A DNA stretch of 42,480 nucleotides from Acidobacteriota bacterium (GCA_003223165.1 QHXZ01000086.1:16399-58878), one strand, 5' to 3'. Shown: positions 17,064 to 30,851, counted from the first letter of the stretch. A program made the numbers and translations. Notes: generated by a model not told the origin, from the letters alone.

Positions 17064-19310
17064 TCAGGCCTCGCGCATGCGCACGGGGCTGGCGGGGAGC
17101 CGGTCGACGGCGACGACCGCTCCCGCCCGATCGACCTGGCCGAAGGTCAGCACCCCGGTGGGGCAGGACGACACGCAGGCCGAACAGCGCACGCACTCCG
17201 GGTCGGCCATGGGCAGCCCCTTGTTGGCGAAGTTCATCACGTCGATCCCCTGGTGGCAGACGGTGGTCGGACAGGATGCGGAAGCGGCTGAAGCGGGCGT
17301 ACACGTGCATCAGGGCGGCGAGCGGGCAGAAGAAGCGGCACCAGAACCGGCCCGAGAGCCAGAAGTAGACGCCGTACCCGACGACTCCCGCCAGGAAGAC
17401 GTCCACCACCCACTTGTACGACAGGGTCGATCCCGACAGGGCCAGGTCGTTGAAGCGCCTCAGCCCGCCCCATCCGGGCTCCGCCCAGGAGACGACGCGC
17501 AGGGCCAGGAGCGCGAAGGCGACCGCCAGCACGGCCTGGCCCGCCATGTTCAGGCGGTTCCAGCGCTTGCCGTGCGGCATCTTGTGGCGGTGCGCGTCGC
17601 CGAGCGTCTCGGCCAGCGCGCCGCAGGAGCAGATCCATCCGCAGTAGGCGCCCTTGCCGAAAAAGTAGATCAGCGCCGGGATCAGCACGAACGTCTGCAC
17701 GAAGCAGATGGCGAGCCAGCCCCACAGGGGCGCCTCCGTGAAGACGTTGTAGACGTTGAGCGGCCAGGCCAGGATCAGGCCGTAGGCCCGCCAGAATTCG
17801 CGACCGTGGCCGTAGGCAACCTGCCGTGCGCGTCGAGCCAGGGGAGAAGGATCTCCGGCAGCAGGAAGAGCGGCAGCACTAGGATGGCCGCCAGGGTCAT
17901 CGTCTGGACGCGGACATAAGGCGTGCGGCGCCGCCGTATGCGGCGGACCCCGAAGGCGATCACCACGATGGAGTAGGCCAGGGTGTACCAGAAAGACGGT
18001 CCCTGGGCCGATGTCAGCACGATGCCCGCCAGCGACTTCGGGTCGCGCCCGGCGAGCCAGCGTCCCAGGCTGTAGGGAAACGCTCCGGCCCGGCGCGAAA
18101 GATCGTCGAGCAGGCCGCCCGACTTCCAGTCGTAGAGGGCGAGGCAGAACAGCATGAAGGCGGCGAGCCCGGCGACGCGCGCGGCGGTCCACTCCCCCGC
18201 GATCTTCACCCCGGAGCGCCGGAAGAACTCCAGCGGGGCCTCGCGCCCGATCATCGAGAAGACGACGTCGTTCTGCAGGTGGTGGCGCGAGCCGTCGGCC
18301 CGCTCGAGTTCCACGGCGTCGGGCCGGATTGCCCGCACCGTGCTGCCCGTCTCCAGGCGGATGCGGCCCGGCGTTCTGCCGGGGCCCAGGAACTCGCCGG
18401 CGGCGGTGGTGACCCGATCGGAGATCGGAGCCTCGATCGCCACGTCGGCGGAAGGATCGGCGGCGAGCCGGCGCAGGCCCTCCAGGTTCTCGGGCTTCGC
18501 CTTGGAGAACTCGCCACCGCGGTACGAAAGGGTCACCTCGGCGCCGCACTGCGCCAGGGCCATCGCTGTTTCCAGGGCGCTGTCGCCGCCGCCGACCACC
18601 AGGACCTTCCGGCCGCGGAAATCCATCGGGTCGTGCAGCCGGTTATAGACCTTGTCCAGATCCTCGCCGGGCACGTTCAGCTTGCGGAAGCTGCCGCTGC
18701 GGCCGATGGCCACGATGGCCCGCAGGCCGCGCACCGGCGCGGCGCCGCTCACCGCGGCCTCCAGGAAGCCGCCGGCGCGCCGCACCCGCTCGACGTGCCC
18801 CTCTCGGATCGGCACGTCGCGCGTCTGGGCCAGGAGCTCTTCGTACAGCGCTTCCTTCACGTCCGCGGTTACTTGAAGGTCGCCGGCCGGCGTCATCCCC
18901 CGCGGATAGGTGTAGATCGGCTTGGCCTTCGGAAAGTCGGCGACCGTCTGGAACGGCCGCTTCGCCTCGAACAACACCAGGTCGAGGCCGGCCTTGCGGG
19001 CCTCGAGCGCCGCCGCCATGCCGGAGACGCCCCCGCCGACGATGATCAGGTCGTGCACCCCGGCGGGCTTGCCGCGCCGTTCGCGCGCGAAGCCGGGCGA
19101 CGCCAGGATCGTCCGCACCGCCCGCGCCCCGGTGTCCGCGGCGAACTTGAGGAGCGGCACGCCGGCCAGATCGCCGGCGATGTACAGCCCCGGCACCGCC
19201 GTGCTTCCGTCGGCGCGCGTCTCGGGCAGCCTCTCGATCGTGCCGGCGGGCCAGCGCGTATGCAGCCAGCGGGCATAGCGCTTCAGGGGCGCGGTCAGGG
19301 ATCGGAGCAT
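17064..19310 (-). pseudogene. FAD-dependent (TrxB/YpdA-like) oxidoreductase fused to a membrane 4Fe-4S (NapH/FixG-like) domain; split over three frames in this sequence
   Basis: GGGVSG and GGGDSA Rossmann motifs, TM helices, YCGWICSCG, WCRFFCP and C-terminal CVRCSACVSSCP. Frame breaks at ~17815 and ~17265 where conserved segments are absent (possibly assembly artefacts). Confidence 0.8.
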
Positions 19311-19316
19311 CGGTTC

Positions 19317-20717
19317 CTAGCGCGCCGTTTCCAGGACGACCTGGTACAGCATCCGGGTCCCCCAGGTGAAGGCATCGACGGCGATCTTCTCGTCATTGGC
19401 GTGCATGGTGCGCAGGTCCTCCTCCTCGATCGGGAACGGCAGCAGGCCGTACGCCGCGATGCCCCGCTGGCGCAGGACCTGCGAGTCGGTGCCGCCGGGA
19501 GACATGTAGGGCACGACCGCGATGCCGGGGGCGACGCGGCGGGCGACGGTCTCGATGGCGCGGTAGAGCGGCGAATCGGTGGAAGACGGCCCGGGCGAAG
19601 GCCTGGGGTCCCGCGCGAAGATCACCTCGACCTTCGGATCGGCCGCCCCCTCGCGCAGCCCCGCCAGGAAGGTGTCGAGGTCGGTCCCCGGCAGGATGCG
19701 GCAGTTGAGGTTGGCTCGCGCCTCGGACGGGATGACGTTCTCCTTGTAGCCCGCCTTCAGGATGGTCGGCGTGCAGGTGGTGCGCAGCATGGCGTTGAAG
19801 TTCGGGGCCGCGGAGAGCGTCTCGAAGCAGCGCGGGCCCGCCTGCGGGTCCTCCAGGCGGCCCACGCATCCCGAGAGCTCGGGGGGCAGGGCGCTCACCA
19901 GGCCCGTGAAGAAGGCGCGGGTCACCGGGTTCAGCCGGGGCGGGAACGCGAGGGTGCCGATCCGGTCGAGGGCGCGCACCAGGCGGTCGATCGGGTTGTC
20001 GCCGACCGGGATCGATGAGTGCCCCGCCGTCCCGCGGGCCACGACGGTGAAGTCCTGGTAGATCTTCTCCGTCGTCTGCACCGCCACGTAGCGCGGCTTC
20101 CCGTCGCTGCGGATGACCCGGCCGCCCTCGTTGAGGGCCAGCTCGGCGTCGAAGAGGTCGGCGTGGTGCTCCAGGAGCCAGTCCATGCCCTTCGCGCCGC
20201 CTGCCTCCTCGTCTGCCTCGGCCAGAAACACCACGTCGCGCGAGAGCCTCACCCGGTTGCGCGCCAGGAGGAGCATCGTCTCCAGCTCGGCCGCCGCCAT
20301 CCCCTTGTCGTCGAGCGTGCCGCGCCCCCACAGGAACCCGTCCTTGACGATCGCGTCGAAGGGCGGCACGCTCCACCCTTCGCGCTCCACCGGCACGACG
20401 TCGATGTGGGACATGATGAGCAGCGGCCTCTTGGTCCCGGCGCCGCGGTAGCGCACCAGAAGGCTCCCCCGGCCCGGCTCCGACTCGAGGATGCGCGGCT
20501 CGAGGCCGGCCGCGCGCAGCGTCTCCGCCAGGTAGGCCGCCGCCCGCGACTCGTTCCCCGGCGGATTGCTGGTGTCGAGTCGGACCAGCGCCTTGAGGTG
20601 CTCCAGCCCCTCGGCGCCCGCCTTCGTGAAGTCGATCTCCTGCGGCGCGCCGGAAGGACCCGGGGCCGAGGAGGCCAGGACGAGGAGCACGGCAGCCAGC
20701 AAACGCGGGGGTCGCAT
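19317..20717 (-). CDS. Exported M20/M25/M40-family metallo-hydrolase
   Basis: Signal peptide; SHIDVV, GRGTLDDKG, DEEAGG, NEGG, GHSS, GGTDS and HANDE motifs. Confidence 0.92.
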   Translation of the reverse strand: MRPPRLLAAVLLVLASSAPGPSGAPQEIDFTKAGAEGLEHLKALVRLDTSNPPGNESRAAAYLAETLRAAGLEPRILESEPGRGSLLVRYRGAGTKRPLLIMSHIDVVPVEREGWSVPPFDAIVKDGFLWGRGTLDDKGMAAAELETMLLLARNRVRLSRDVVFLAEADEEAGGAKGMDWLLEHHADLFDAELALNEGGRVIRSDGKPRYVAVQTTEKIYQDFTVVARGTAGHSSIPVGDNPIDRLVRALDRIGTLAFPPRLNPVTRAFFTGLVSALPPELSGCVGRLEDPQAGPRCFETLSAAPNFNAMLRTTCTPTILKAGYKENVIPSEARANLNCRILPGTDLDTFLAGLREGAADPKVEVIFARDPRPSPGPSSTDSPLYRAIETVARRVAPGIAVVPYMSPGGTDSQVLRQRGIAAYGLLPFPIEEEDLRTMHANDEKIAVDAFTWGTRMLYQVVLETAR

Positions 20718-20949
20718 GAGGGGGCTCTCCTTCATCAGTGGTCGATCCGGGGTGTGGCGGGCTGTCATACCCCCTGACGCGGCCACCGTCAAGAGGGATC
20801 CGCCTCCGGGGGATTCCCGCTCTCACGGCCGGCACCCGGCGCGCGGCCGCGACTCCGACGGATTGCCGCTTCCCGAGGCGCTGTACTAAGATGACGCGCC
20901 CGCGCCCGCCGGCGATGGATCGCGCCGCGCCCGCGGTCCGAGGAGCCGA

Positions 20950-22293
20950 GTGACCCCGCGTCTCTCCCCACCCGGAAAACGACGCTCGTCGAGCGTGCCG
21001 GCGGTGCGCATGGAGCGGCTGCCGAACGGGCTGACCGTGCTCCTGCGCGAGATGCGCGCCATCCCCGTGGTCTCGGTCTGGTGCTGGTACCGGGTCGGCT
21101 CGCGCGACGAGAGGCCCGGTGTGACGGGGATTTCGCACTGGGTCGAGCATATGAACTTCAAGGGATCGCGCAGCATTCCGAAGAGCGAGGTGACGCGCCG
21201 GGTCGAGCTGGCCGGGGGCGTCTGGAACGGCTACACCTGGCTCGACGTCACCACCTACTTCGAGACCGTCTCCAGCGACGCCCTCGATGCGATGCTGCGG
21301 CTCGAGGCCTCGCGCATGACGGAGTGCCTCTACTCGAAGCAGGAGGTCGAGCGGGAGCGCTCGGTCGTCATCTCGGAGATGCGGGGGGGCGAGAACGACC
21401 CGCGCTCCTACCTCGAGAGAGAGGTCAGCGGCACGGCGCTGCAGGCCCATCCCTACCGCTGGCCGACGATCGGCTACCTGTCCGACCTGCAGGCGATCAC
21501 GCGCGAAGACCTGTACGCGCATTACCGCCGCTACTACGTTCCGAACAACGCGGTGCTGGTCCTGGCGGGCGACTTCGAGACGCGCGCGGCCATGCGGCTG
21601 GTGAAGCGTCATTACGGCCGCATCGCGCGCGGCGCGGAGCCGCCCCCGGTGCGCACCGTGGAGCCGCCGCAGTCGGGCGAGCGGAGGGTGCTCCTGCGCC
21701 GGCCCTCGGGCGCCTCGTATCTTCAAGTAGCGTTCCCCGCTCCGGCCCTCACCGACGGGGACTTCCCGGCCCTGCTGGTGCTGGACGGCATTCTGGGGGG
21801 CGGACCGTCGATCAACGCCTGGGCCGGGGGGCGGGGGGCGGGTCCGAGCAAGTCGGCGCGCCTGTACCGGGCGCTGGTCGAGGCCGACCTCGCCACCGAG
21901 GCCGACACGCAGATCATCCCGACCCGTTTCCCCTATCTCTACCGGATCCAGGCGACGGCCAAGGCCGGGGTCGACCCGGAGCGCATCGAGCGGGCGGTGT
22001 ACGCCGAGATCGGGCGCCTGGCGGGCGGCTCCGTCGAGGCAAAGGATCTCGAGCGCGCGCGCAACCAGTTCCTGGCCCGCTATGCCCTGGAGAGCGAGAG
22101 CGTCACCGACGCCGCGCACCAGCTCGGCTTCTTCGAGACCGTCGCGACGCATAGAGATTACCTCGCGCTGCCGGCGCGGGTGAGGGCGGTGACCGCCGGG
22201 CAGGTGGCGCGCCTCGCCGCGGAGCGCCTGAGCGAGCGCACGCGCACCGTCGGCGTGCTCGTCCCGGACGCGGCCGGGGCGGGCGGCGCATGA
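20950..22293 (+). CDS. M16B (pitrilysin-like) zinc peptidase, catalytic subunit
   Basis: LPNGL, VGSRDE, HWVEH (HxxEH), NGYT and YVPNNA motifs. Confidence 0.92.
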   Translation: MTPRLSPPGKRRSSSVPAVRMERLPNGLTVLLREMRAIPVVSVWCWYRVGSRDERPGVTGISHWVEHMNFKGSRSIPKSEVTRRVELAGGVWNGYTWLDVTTYFETVSSDALDAMLRLEASRMTECLYSKQEVERERSVVISEMRGGENDPRSYLEREVSGTALQAHPYRWPTIGYLSDLQAITREDLYAHYRRYYVPNNAVLVLAGDFETRAAMRLVKRHYGRIARGAEPPPVRTVEPPQSGERRVLLRRPSGASYLQVAFPAPALTDGDFPALLVLDGILGGGPSINAWAGGRGAGPSKSARLYRALVEADLATEADTQIIPTRFPYLYRIQATAKAGVDPERIERAVYAEIGRLAGGSVEAKDLERARNQFLARYALESESVTDAAHQLGFFETVATHRDYLALPARVRAVTAGQVARLAAERLSERTRTVGVLVPDAAGAGGA

Positions 22294-23555
22294 CGCGCCG
22301 CCAGGAGCTCGACAACGGCCTCGTCGTTGTCGCGCGCCCCAACCGCGCCGCGCGCTCGATCGCCGCGCGCCTGGTTTTCGAGGCTGGCGCGGCCTTCGAT
22401 CCTCCCGGCAAGGCGGGGACGTCGTCCCTGGTGGCGCGCCTGCTCGACCGGGGCGGCGGCGGATTGAGCGCCGAGGCGATCGCGGAGGGGTTCGAGCGAC
22501 TCGGGGTGTCCTACGTCGCGCGGGCCCAGGGCGACACGCTCGACGTCGAGGTGCGCCTGCTCGCGGAGCACCTGCCCGAGGTGCTCCGGCGCCTCCGCCC
22601 GGTCGTCGCCGAGCCCGCCTTCCCGGAGGAGGAGGTGCGGCGCGAGGTGGGACAGACGCTCTCCGCCCTCGCCGAGCGCGAGCAGGACACCGGCGCCGTG
22701 GCCGAGGACGCCCTCGCCGCGGCGCTCTTCCCCCCCGGCCATCCCTACCGCGAGCCCGCCGTCGGCACGCGCGCCTCGGTCCCGCGGATCGGCGCCGCCG
22801 ACCTGGCCGCCTTCCACCGTGAGCGCGTCGGTCCGTCCGGATCGATCCTGGCCCTCGCCGGGGACATCGATCCCGATCGCGCCATCGCCCTCGCCGCGGA
22901 TCACTTCGGGGACTGGACGACCGGGCGGGGCGCCACGGGGCGTGCGACCATCCCCGATCCTCCGATGCCCGAGCGCGAGGTGACCCTCGTCCGTCGGGTC
23001 GAAGGGAAGACGCAGGCCGACCTGGTGCTCGGAATGCTGCCGGGGCTGCGACGCAACTCCCCCGATCTGCCGGCGGCCCTGGTGCTCAACAACGCCCTGG
23101 GAGAGTTCAGCATGGGAGGCCGCCTCGGCGCGGCCATCCGCGACCGGGAGGGCCTGGCGTATTACGTCTACTCGACCTTCGAAGCGGGGCTGGGCGCCGG
23201 GCCGCTGGCCGTGCGCGCCGGCGTCGCCCCAGACGCGGTGCGGCGCGCCCTCGATCTGATCCGCCGCACCCTCGAGGCGGTCCGGCGCAGGGGTCTGAAG
23301 CCGTCCGAGATCCGGGATTCGAAGCAATCCCTGGCCGCCTCGGTGCCTCGCCGCCTGGAGACCAACCCGGGGGCGGCGCGCACCCTCGCCGACTGCGAGT
23401 TCTACGGTCTCGGTCTCGACTATCCCGAGCGGCTGCCGTCCCTCATCCGCGCGGTCGAGCGCGACCAGGTGGCCGCCGCCGCCCACCGGTACCTGACTCT
23501 CGGGCGCCACGCGCTGGTCGTGGCAGGCCCGGCCCTCAAGGAGGCCTTGCGATGA
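22290..23555 (+). CDS. M16B peptidase, non-catalytic partner subunit
   Basis: LDNGL, no HxxEH, IRDREGLAYYV R/Y pair; ATGA overlap with the upstream gene. Confidence 0.9.
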   Translation: MTRRQELDNGLVVVARPNRAARSIAARLVFEAGAAFDPPGKAGTSSLVARLLDRGGGGLSAEAIAEGFERLGVSYVARAQGDTLDVEVRLLAEHLPEVLRRLRPVVAEPAFPEEEVRREVGQTLSALAEREQDTGAVAEDALAAALFPPGHPYREPAVGTRASVPRIGAADLAAFHRERVGPSGSILALAGDIDPDRAIALAADHFGDWTTGRGATGRATIPDPPMPEREVTLVRRVEGKTQADLVLGMLPGLRRNSPDLPAALVLNNALGEFSMGGRLGAAIRDREGLAYYVYSTFEAGLGAGPLAVRAGVAPDAVRRALDLIRRTLEAVRRRGLKPSEIRDSKQSLAASVPRRLETNPGAARTLADCEFYGLGLDYPERLPSLIRAVERDQVAAAAHRYLTLGRHALVVAGPALKEALR

Positions 23556-25262
23556 CGCACCGACCCGGCCCGCCCCGTCCCCGACCGCCACGGGCGCTCC
23601 GCCTGACCCAGGTGGCCGCCCTGTGGGCGGCGCTCGCTCTCGCCGTTCCCGCCCCGCTGCCCGCGGCCGGAGCCGCGCCGCCGGCGCCCTCGCCGAAGGC
23701 CGAGACCTACGACCTGCTGCTGCAGGGCGGGAGGATCGTCGACGGCACCGGCAACCCGTGGGTCGAGGGCGACCTGGCCATCAGGGGAGACCGCATCGCC
23801 GCCATCGCCCCCCACCTCGACCCCGCCGGCGCCCGGCGCACCCTCGACGCGCGCGGCCTGGTCGTGGCGCCCGGCTTCATCGACCTGATGGGGCAGTCGG
23901 AGTACACGGTGCTGGTCGATCCCCATGTGGCCAGCAAGATCACCCAGGGGATCACGACCGAGTTCACGGGCGAAGGCGGCTCGGTGGCGCCGCAGCTTCG
24001 AGACCTACTTCCGCCGCCTGCGCGCGCGCGGCACGGCGGTGAACTTCGCGCACATGGTGGGCGCGGCGCAGGTGCGCGAGGCGGTCCTCAAGAGCGACAA
24101 CCGCCCTCCGGACCCCGAGGAGCTGGAGGCGATGAAGCGGCACGTGGCGCGTGCCATGGAGCAGGGGGCCTTCGGCCTCTCCTCCGCGCTGATCTACCCC
24201 CCCGGCGCGTTCGCCACGACCGACGAGCTGATCGCCCTGGCGAAGGTGGCCGCCTCCTACGGCGGGATCTACGCCTCGCACATCCGCAACGAGGGGGACG
24301 ACCTGCTGGCGGCGATCGACGAGGCGGCGCGCATCGGCGAGCAGGCGAGGATCGCCGTCGAAGTCTGGCACCTCAAGGCCGCGGGCGAGGAGAACTTCGG
24401 CAAGATGGCCGACGCCGTCAAGGCGATCGAGGGATATCGCGCGCGCGGCGTCGACGTCACCGCCGACATCTACCCCTACCCCGCCTCGATGACCGGCCTC
24501 TCCGCCAGCCTGCCGCCCTGGGCGTCGGAGGGCGGCAACGAGGCGCTGGTCGCGCGCCTCAAGGACCCCAAGGAGCGCAAGCGCATCCGGAAGGAGATCG
24601 AGGAGCCGACGACGAAGTGGGACAACCTGTACCACGGGGCCGGCAGGGCGGACAAGATCCTGATCGCCGGCGTGCGCACGGCGGCGAACAAGGAGTTCCA
24701 GGGAAAGCGCCTGTCGCAGGTGGCCGACCAGCGCGGCGTCGACCCGCTGGAGGCGATGTTCGACCTGCTGGTGGAGGAGAACGGCGTGGTCGACGCCGTC
24801 TACTTCGAGATGTCGGAGGACGACGTGCGGCGGGCGATGATCGTGCCGTGGGTGGCCTTCAACTGCGACGCCTCGGGCGTGCGGCCCGACGGCGTCCTGG
24901 GGGCGACCATGACGCACCCGCGCGCCTACGGCACCTTCCCGCGCATCCTGGGCCACTACGTGCGCGAGGAAAAGCTCCTGGGCCTGGAGGACGCGGTGCG
25001 CAAGATGACCTCGCTGCCGGCGCAGCGGATCAACCTGCGCGACCGGGGCGTGCTGCGCCCCGGCCTGTACGCCGACGTCACGGTGTTCGATCCCCGGACG
25101 GTCATCGACCGCGCCACCTTCGACAAGCCGCACCAGTTCTCGGAAGGGATCCGCTTCGTCTTCGTGAACGGGCAGGCGGTGATCGAGGACGGCCGCATCA
25201 CCGACCGCCTGCCGGGACGCGTCCTGCGCGGCCCCGGCTACGGCCGCGCGCCGGCGCGTTAG
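23552..25262 (+). pseudogene. N-acyl-D-amino-acid deacylase (D-aminoacylase) family amidohydrolase; frame break at ~23995
   Basis: N-part: signal peptide, GGRIVDGTG, VAPGFID, QGITTE.TGEG. C-part in another frame: SHIRNE, WHLK, DIYPY, HPRAYGTFPR, KMTSLPA. A segment is missing at the junction. Confidence 0.85.
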
Positions 25263-25299
25263 GGGGGTGTCCGGGCGTTTCCCGCGCGGGTCGCCGCTC

Positions 25300-27111
<1,812 letters not shown>

Positions 27112-27161
27112 GGGCGTGGCGTCCTCGGTCTTTTCGGTTGGATGGCGTCAAACGCCCGCGC

Positions 27162-27190
27162 ACTATATGAAAAGGGTCCGGGGGTGTCAA
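27162..27190 (-). promoter_or_regulatory. Sigma70 promoter TTGACA-N17-TATAGT for the permease
   Basis: Near-perfect consensus and spacing, about 50 nt upstream of the start. Confidence 0.7.
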
Positions 27191-27257
27191 CCGGCCGCGC
27201 GCTCCCATGTAGAATCAGGATCCATCGGGGCGGCGACCGTCGCCGAGGAGGCGGCGC

Positions 27258-27707
27258 ATGGCGAGCCAGCGGGTGCGGGTCCGAACGGCCGGGGCGGCCG
27301 ACGCCGACGCCGTGGCCGATCTCTCGACGCAGCTCGGCTACCCGACCACAGGGCCGGAGGTCGCCGGGAGGCTTCGCCTCCTCCTGTCGAGCCCGGAACA
27401 GGCCGTCCTGGTCGCGGAGGACTCGGACGGGGCGGTGGTGGGCTGGCTGCACGCCTGTGTGCACCATTTCATTGGGGGGGAGCCCTACGCCGAGATTGCC
27501 GGGCTGGTCGTCCACGAGCGGCATCGCGGAGGCGGCATCGGACGCCTGCTGATGACGGAGGCGGAGCGCTGGGCGGCCAGGCGCGGGCTCAAGACCGTGA
27601 ACGTCCGCTCGCGCGTCGAGCGCGCCCTGGCGCACCGGTTCTACGAGGATCTCGGCTACGGCCGCGTCAAACAGCAGCAGGTGTTCCGCAAGACGCTTCA
27701 GGATTGA
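27258..27707 (+). CDS. GNAT-family N-acetyltransferase
   Basis: LVVHERHRGGGIGRLL acetyl-CoA motif and AHRFYEDLGY; RBS GAGGAGG. Confidence 0.93.
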   Translation: MASQRVRVRTAGAADADAVADLSTQLGYPTTGPEVAGRLRLLLSSPEQAVLVAEDSDGAVVGWLHACVHHFIGGEPYAEIAGLVVHERHRGGGIGRLLMTEAERWAARRGLKTVNVRSRVERALAHRFYEDLGYGRVKQQQVFRKTLQD

Positions 27708-28966
27708 CGGCCGGGCCGGGCGGCCGAGAGGATCGCCCGGACCTGCTCCGCCGCCCGCAGGCCGCTCCTGAGCGCCCCCTCCATGGTGCCGGACTCCATT
27801 CCGGCCGTGTGCTCGCCTGCGAAGGCCAGGCGGCCGGCGGGGCGCGACAGGAGGTCGGTCCGGTCCCACGAGGGGTTGTCGAAGGCGCTGTAGCAGCCGC
27901 GCGCCAGCGGATCGACCGACCAGTCCTTGAGCAGGGCGTCCCCCTCGAAGGCGAGATCGGGGTTGAGGGCGCGCAGGCGGGCCAGCCACGGTCCGGGGTC
28001 GCCCTCGGCCGTCCGCAGGGTCTCGAGCGGCGCCCGCGAGCCGGCGAAGGCCGTCAGCGCCGACCGAGCATGGCCGTCCGCCCCCCGCCCCGTCCAGCAC
28101 CAGTACGGGACCGCGACATCCTGGCGGGCCCGCAGCGGCGGGGGCGCCGCGGTCGCGACCGCCAGCTTGGCCGCCACGCCCATCGGCAGGGCGGCGAGGG
28201 CGCGACCCAGCGCCTCCGGCAGCGCGGGCCGGAACTCCAGCCGCGCCAGGATCGTGTGCGGCACGGCGAGGACCGCGGCCTCGGCCTGCAAAGCCTCCGT
28301 CCCGCCCTGAACCCCTTCGCCCCCGGCGGCCAGCACGCTGACGCCGCGTTCGCTCCAGCCGACCGTCACGACCTCGCGCCCCAGGCGCAGATCGCCGAGG
28401 CGGCGGGCCATCGCCTCCCCGAGCGACTGGTTGCCCGCCGCGGCCCTCAGGTAGCCCGCGGACTCCTCCGTGCCGAAGCCGCCTCCCAGCGAGCGCAGGG
28501 CGATCGTCCCGAGGTCGGCGCCGTACGAGCCCTGCAGCCTGGCCCGCAGCAGCCGGCGCTGCGGATCGCGCAGAGGCAGGTTGTCGACGAAGGGGCCGAG
28601 CGTCAGGCGCCTCGCGGTCACGTCATCGAGACGCGCGAGCGCTTCCCGGGTGACGCGCTCCGCCTCCTCCTGCTCGGCCTCCGCGACCGGCGTGCCGGCG
28701 GCGACCTCGCGCCGGATGAAGCCGATGCCGACGGGCGCCAGCGCCACGCCGAGGTCGCGCGCCAGGTCCCGGACGGTCCGATCGCGCTCCTCGACCCACT
28801 CGGCGCCCAGCTCGACGACGGCGCCGTTGGCGAGCGTCGCCGAGCGCACGCGCCCTCCCACGCGCCGCCGTGCCTCGAGGACCGTGACCTCGAGACCCGA
28901 TCGCTGCAGGTCGCACGCCGCCGCCAGGCCTGCGAAGCCGGCCCCGACGACCGCCACGCGTGGCAC
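27698..28966 (-). CDS. Flavin-containing amine oxidase (monoamine oxidase family)
   Basis: [25 protein letters not shown] and [16 protein letters not shown] motifs. GTG start at 28966. Confidence 0.9.
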   Translation of the reverse strand: MPRVAVVGAGFAGLAAACDLQRSGLEVTVLEARRRVGGRVRSATLANGAVVELGAEWVEERDRTVRDLARDLGVALAPVGIGFIRREVAAGTPVAEAEQEEAERVTREALARLDDVTARRLTLGPFVDNLPLRDPQRRLLRARLQGSYGADLGTIALRSLGGGFGTEESAGYLRAAAGNQSLGEAMARRLGDLRLGREVVTVGWSERGVSVLAAGGEGVQGGTEALQAEAAVLAVPHTILARLEFRPALPEALGRALAALPMGVAAKLAVATAAPPPLRARQDVAVPYWCWTGRGADGHARSALTAFAGSRAPLETLRTAEGDPGPWLARLRALNPDLAFEGDALLKDWSVDPLARGCYSAFDNPSWDRTDLLSRPAGRLAFAGEHTAGMESGTMEGALRSGLRAAEQVRAILSAARPGRQS

Positions 28967-28968
28967 GC

Positions 28969-30012
28969 TCAGGTCTCCCCGGACGGCGCGAGCACCGCCG
29001 CCCCTCGCACGCGCCCGTCGCGCAGGGCCTGCAGGGCCTCGTTGGCGCGCGCCAGCGGGTACACCTCGACCTCGGTGCGCACCGGGACGCGAGGCGCGAG
29101 GCGCAGGAACTCCTCGCCATCGCGGCGCGTGAGGTTGGCGACCGACCTGACCACGCGCTCTCCCCAGAGAAGGGCGTACGGGAAGGACGGGAGGTCGCTC
29201 ATGTGGATGCCCGCGCAGACGACCGTGCCGCCTTTCCGGACCGCCCGCAGCGCGGCCGGAACGAGCGCGCCGACCGGCGCGAAGAGGATGGCGGCGTCGA
29301 GCGGCTCGGGAGGCGCCTCGTCGGAGCCTCCGGCCCAGGCCGCCCCCAGGTCCATGGCGAAGCGGCGCCCCGCGTCGTCTCCCGGGCGGGTGAAGGCGAA
29401 GACGCGGCGCCCCTGGTGCCGCGCGACCTGGGCCACGATGTGCGCCGCCGACCCGAAGCCGTAGAGACCCACCCGCTCCCCCGCCCCCGCCGCGCGGAGC
29501 GCGCGGAAGCCGATCAGCCCGGCGCAGAGCAGGGGCGCGGCGTGCCGATCCTCGTAGGCCTCCGGCAGGGCGAAGCAGTAGCGCGCCTCGGCCACCGCGT
29601 ACTGGGCGTAGCCGCCGTCGATCTGGTATCCGGTGAAGCGCGCCCGATCGCACAGGTTCTCGCGCCCCCCGCGGCAGTCGGCGCAGAGGCCGCAGGTCCA
29701 GCCGAGCCAGGGCACTCCCACGCGCTGTCCCGTCGACCAGCGCACGGCCTCCTGGTCGGCCGCCGGCGTTGCCTCCCGGCCGACCGTCGGCCCCGCCTCC
29801 GGCCCGGCCTCGATCACCGTGCCGACGATCTCGTGGCCGGGGACGAGCGGCAGCTTCGGACCGGGAAGATCGCCGTCGATGACGTGCAAGTCGGTGCGGC
29901 AGACGGCGCAGGCCCGTACCCGCAGCAGGACCTGTCCGGGCCCCGGCTCCGGCCGGTCGATCTCGGCCTCGCGGAGGGGACGTCCCGGAGCGTCCAGGAT
30001 CATGGCGCGCAT
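28969..30012 (-). CDS. Zinc-dependent alcohol dehydrogenase (MDR family)
   Basis: CRTDLH, GHE, structural Zn site CGLCADC..NLC, LLCAG and GLYGFG. Confidence 0.94.
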   Translation of the reverse strand: MRAMILDAPGRPLREAEIDRPEPGPGQVLLRVRACAVCRTDLHVIDGDLPGPKLPLVPGHEIVGTVIEAGPEAGPTVGREATPAADQEAVRWSTGQRVGVPWLGWTCGLCADCRGGRENLCDRARFTGYQIDGGYAQYAVAEARYCFALPEAYEDRHAAPLLCAGLIGFRALRAAGAGERVGLYGFGSAAHIVAQVARHQGRRVFAFTRPGDDAGRRFAMDLGAAWAGGSDEAPPEPLDAAILFAPVGALVPAALRAVRKGGTVVCAGIHMSDLPSFPYALLWGERVVRSVANLTRRDGEEFLRLAPRVPVRTEVEVYPLARANEALQALRDGRVRGAAVLAPSGET

Positions 30013-30156
30013 GGCGCCCCCATTGTCGACCGAAACGACCGCCGGCGCTGCCTCGTCTTGCCGGGCCCGCCGGCCCGCGTCGCCGGTTCTCGGGTAGGAT
30101 CGAGCGCGACCGGGGGGACGGTGGGCCTCGACGATCGCTCATTTAGGAGACAACTG

Positions 30157-30841
30157 ATGACGGCCATCTCGGCGCGGCTACGGGACCTCGTGGCCCGGGC
30201 GGGCCGGCTCGTCGCGCTCACGGGAGCGGGGATCTCGGCCGAGTCGGGCGTGCCGACCTTCCGCGGGCAGGACGGCCTCTGGGAGCGGGAGCGGGTCGAG
30301 GAGCTCGCCACGCCGGAAGGGTTCGCGCGCGACCCCCGGCGGGTCTGGGCCTGGTACGATGCCCGCCGCGTGCAGATCGCCGCCTGCGATCGCGGGCGTG
30401 ATCACGCAGAACGTCGACGGCCTGCACGGCGCCGCCGGCAGCCGCCGGGTGCTGGCGCTGCACGGCGACATTTTCCGGGTGCGCTGCACGCGCGAAGGCA
30501 CGTCGCGCGAGGATCGGCGGGCGCCGCTGCCGGAGGTCCCGCCCCGTTGCGCCTGCGGCGCCTTGCTGCGGCCCGACGTCGTCTGGTTCGGGGAGATGCT
30601 GCCGGGGCCGGACATGGACGCGGCCGCGGCGGCGGCCAGGCGCGCCGAGCTTTTCCTGTCCATCGGGATCTCGGCGCTGGTGTATCCTGCCGCGGGGCTG
30701 GCGGAGGTGGCGCGCGACGGCGGCGCCTATCTCGCCGAGATCAACATCGAGCCGACTCCACTCTCGCCTCTGGTCCACGAGGTGATTCAGGGGCCGGCGG
30801 CGCGGGTGCTGCCCGATCTCCTGGGGATCTCGATCGCATAG
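30157..30841 (+). pseudogene. cobB: NAD-dependent protein deacylase (sirtuin); frame break at ~30388
   Basis: [16 protein letters not shown] in one frame; [20 protein letters not shown] and VYPAA in another. The PN..H..L helix is missing at the junction. RBS AGGAG before ATG 30157. Confidence 0.88.
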
Positions 30842-30851
30842 GGGCCACGGG

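Noticed and set aside
23980-24010. Programmed ribosomal frameshifting as the explanation for the split genes (also ~17265, ~17815 and ~30388)
   Set aside because: No slippery heptamers are present, and conserved protein segments are missing at the junctions, which frameshifting cannot restore.
27698-30142. Apparent 814-aa amine oxidase fusion
   Set aside because: The upstream half is an off-frame reading of the ADH gene. The oxidase begins at GTG 28966.
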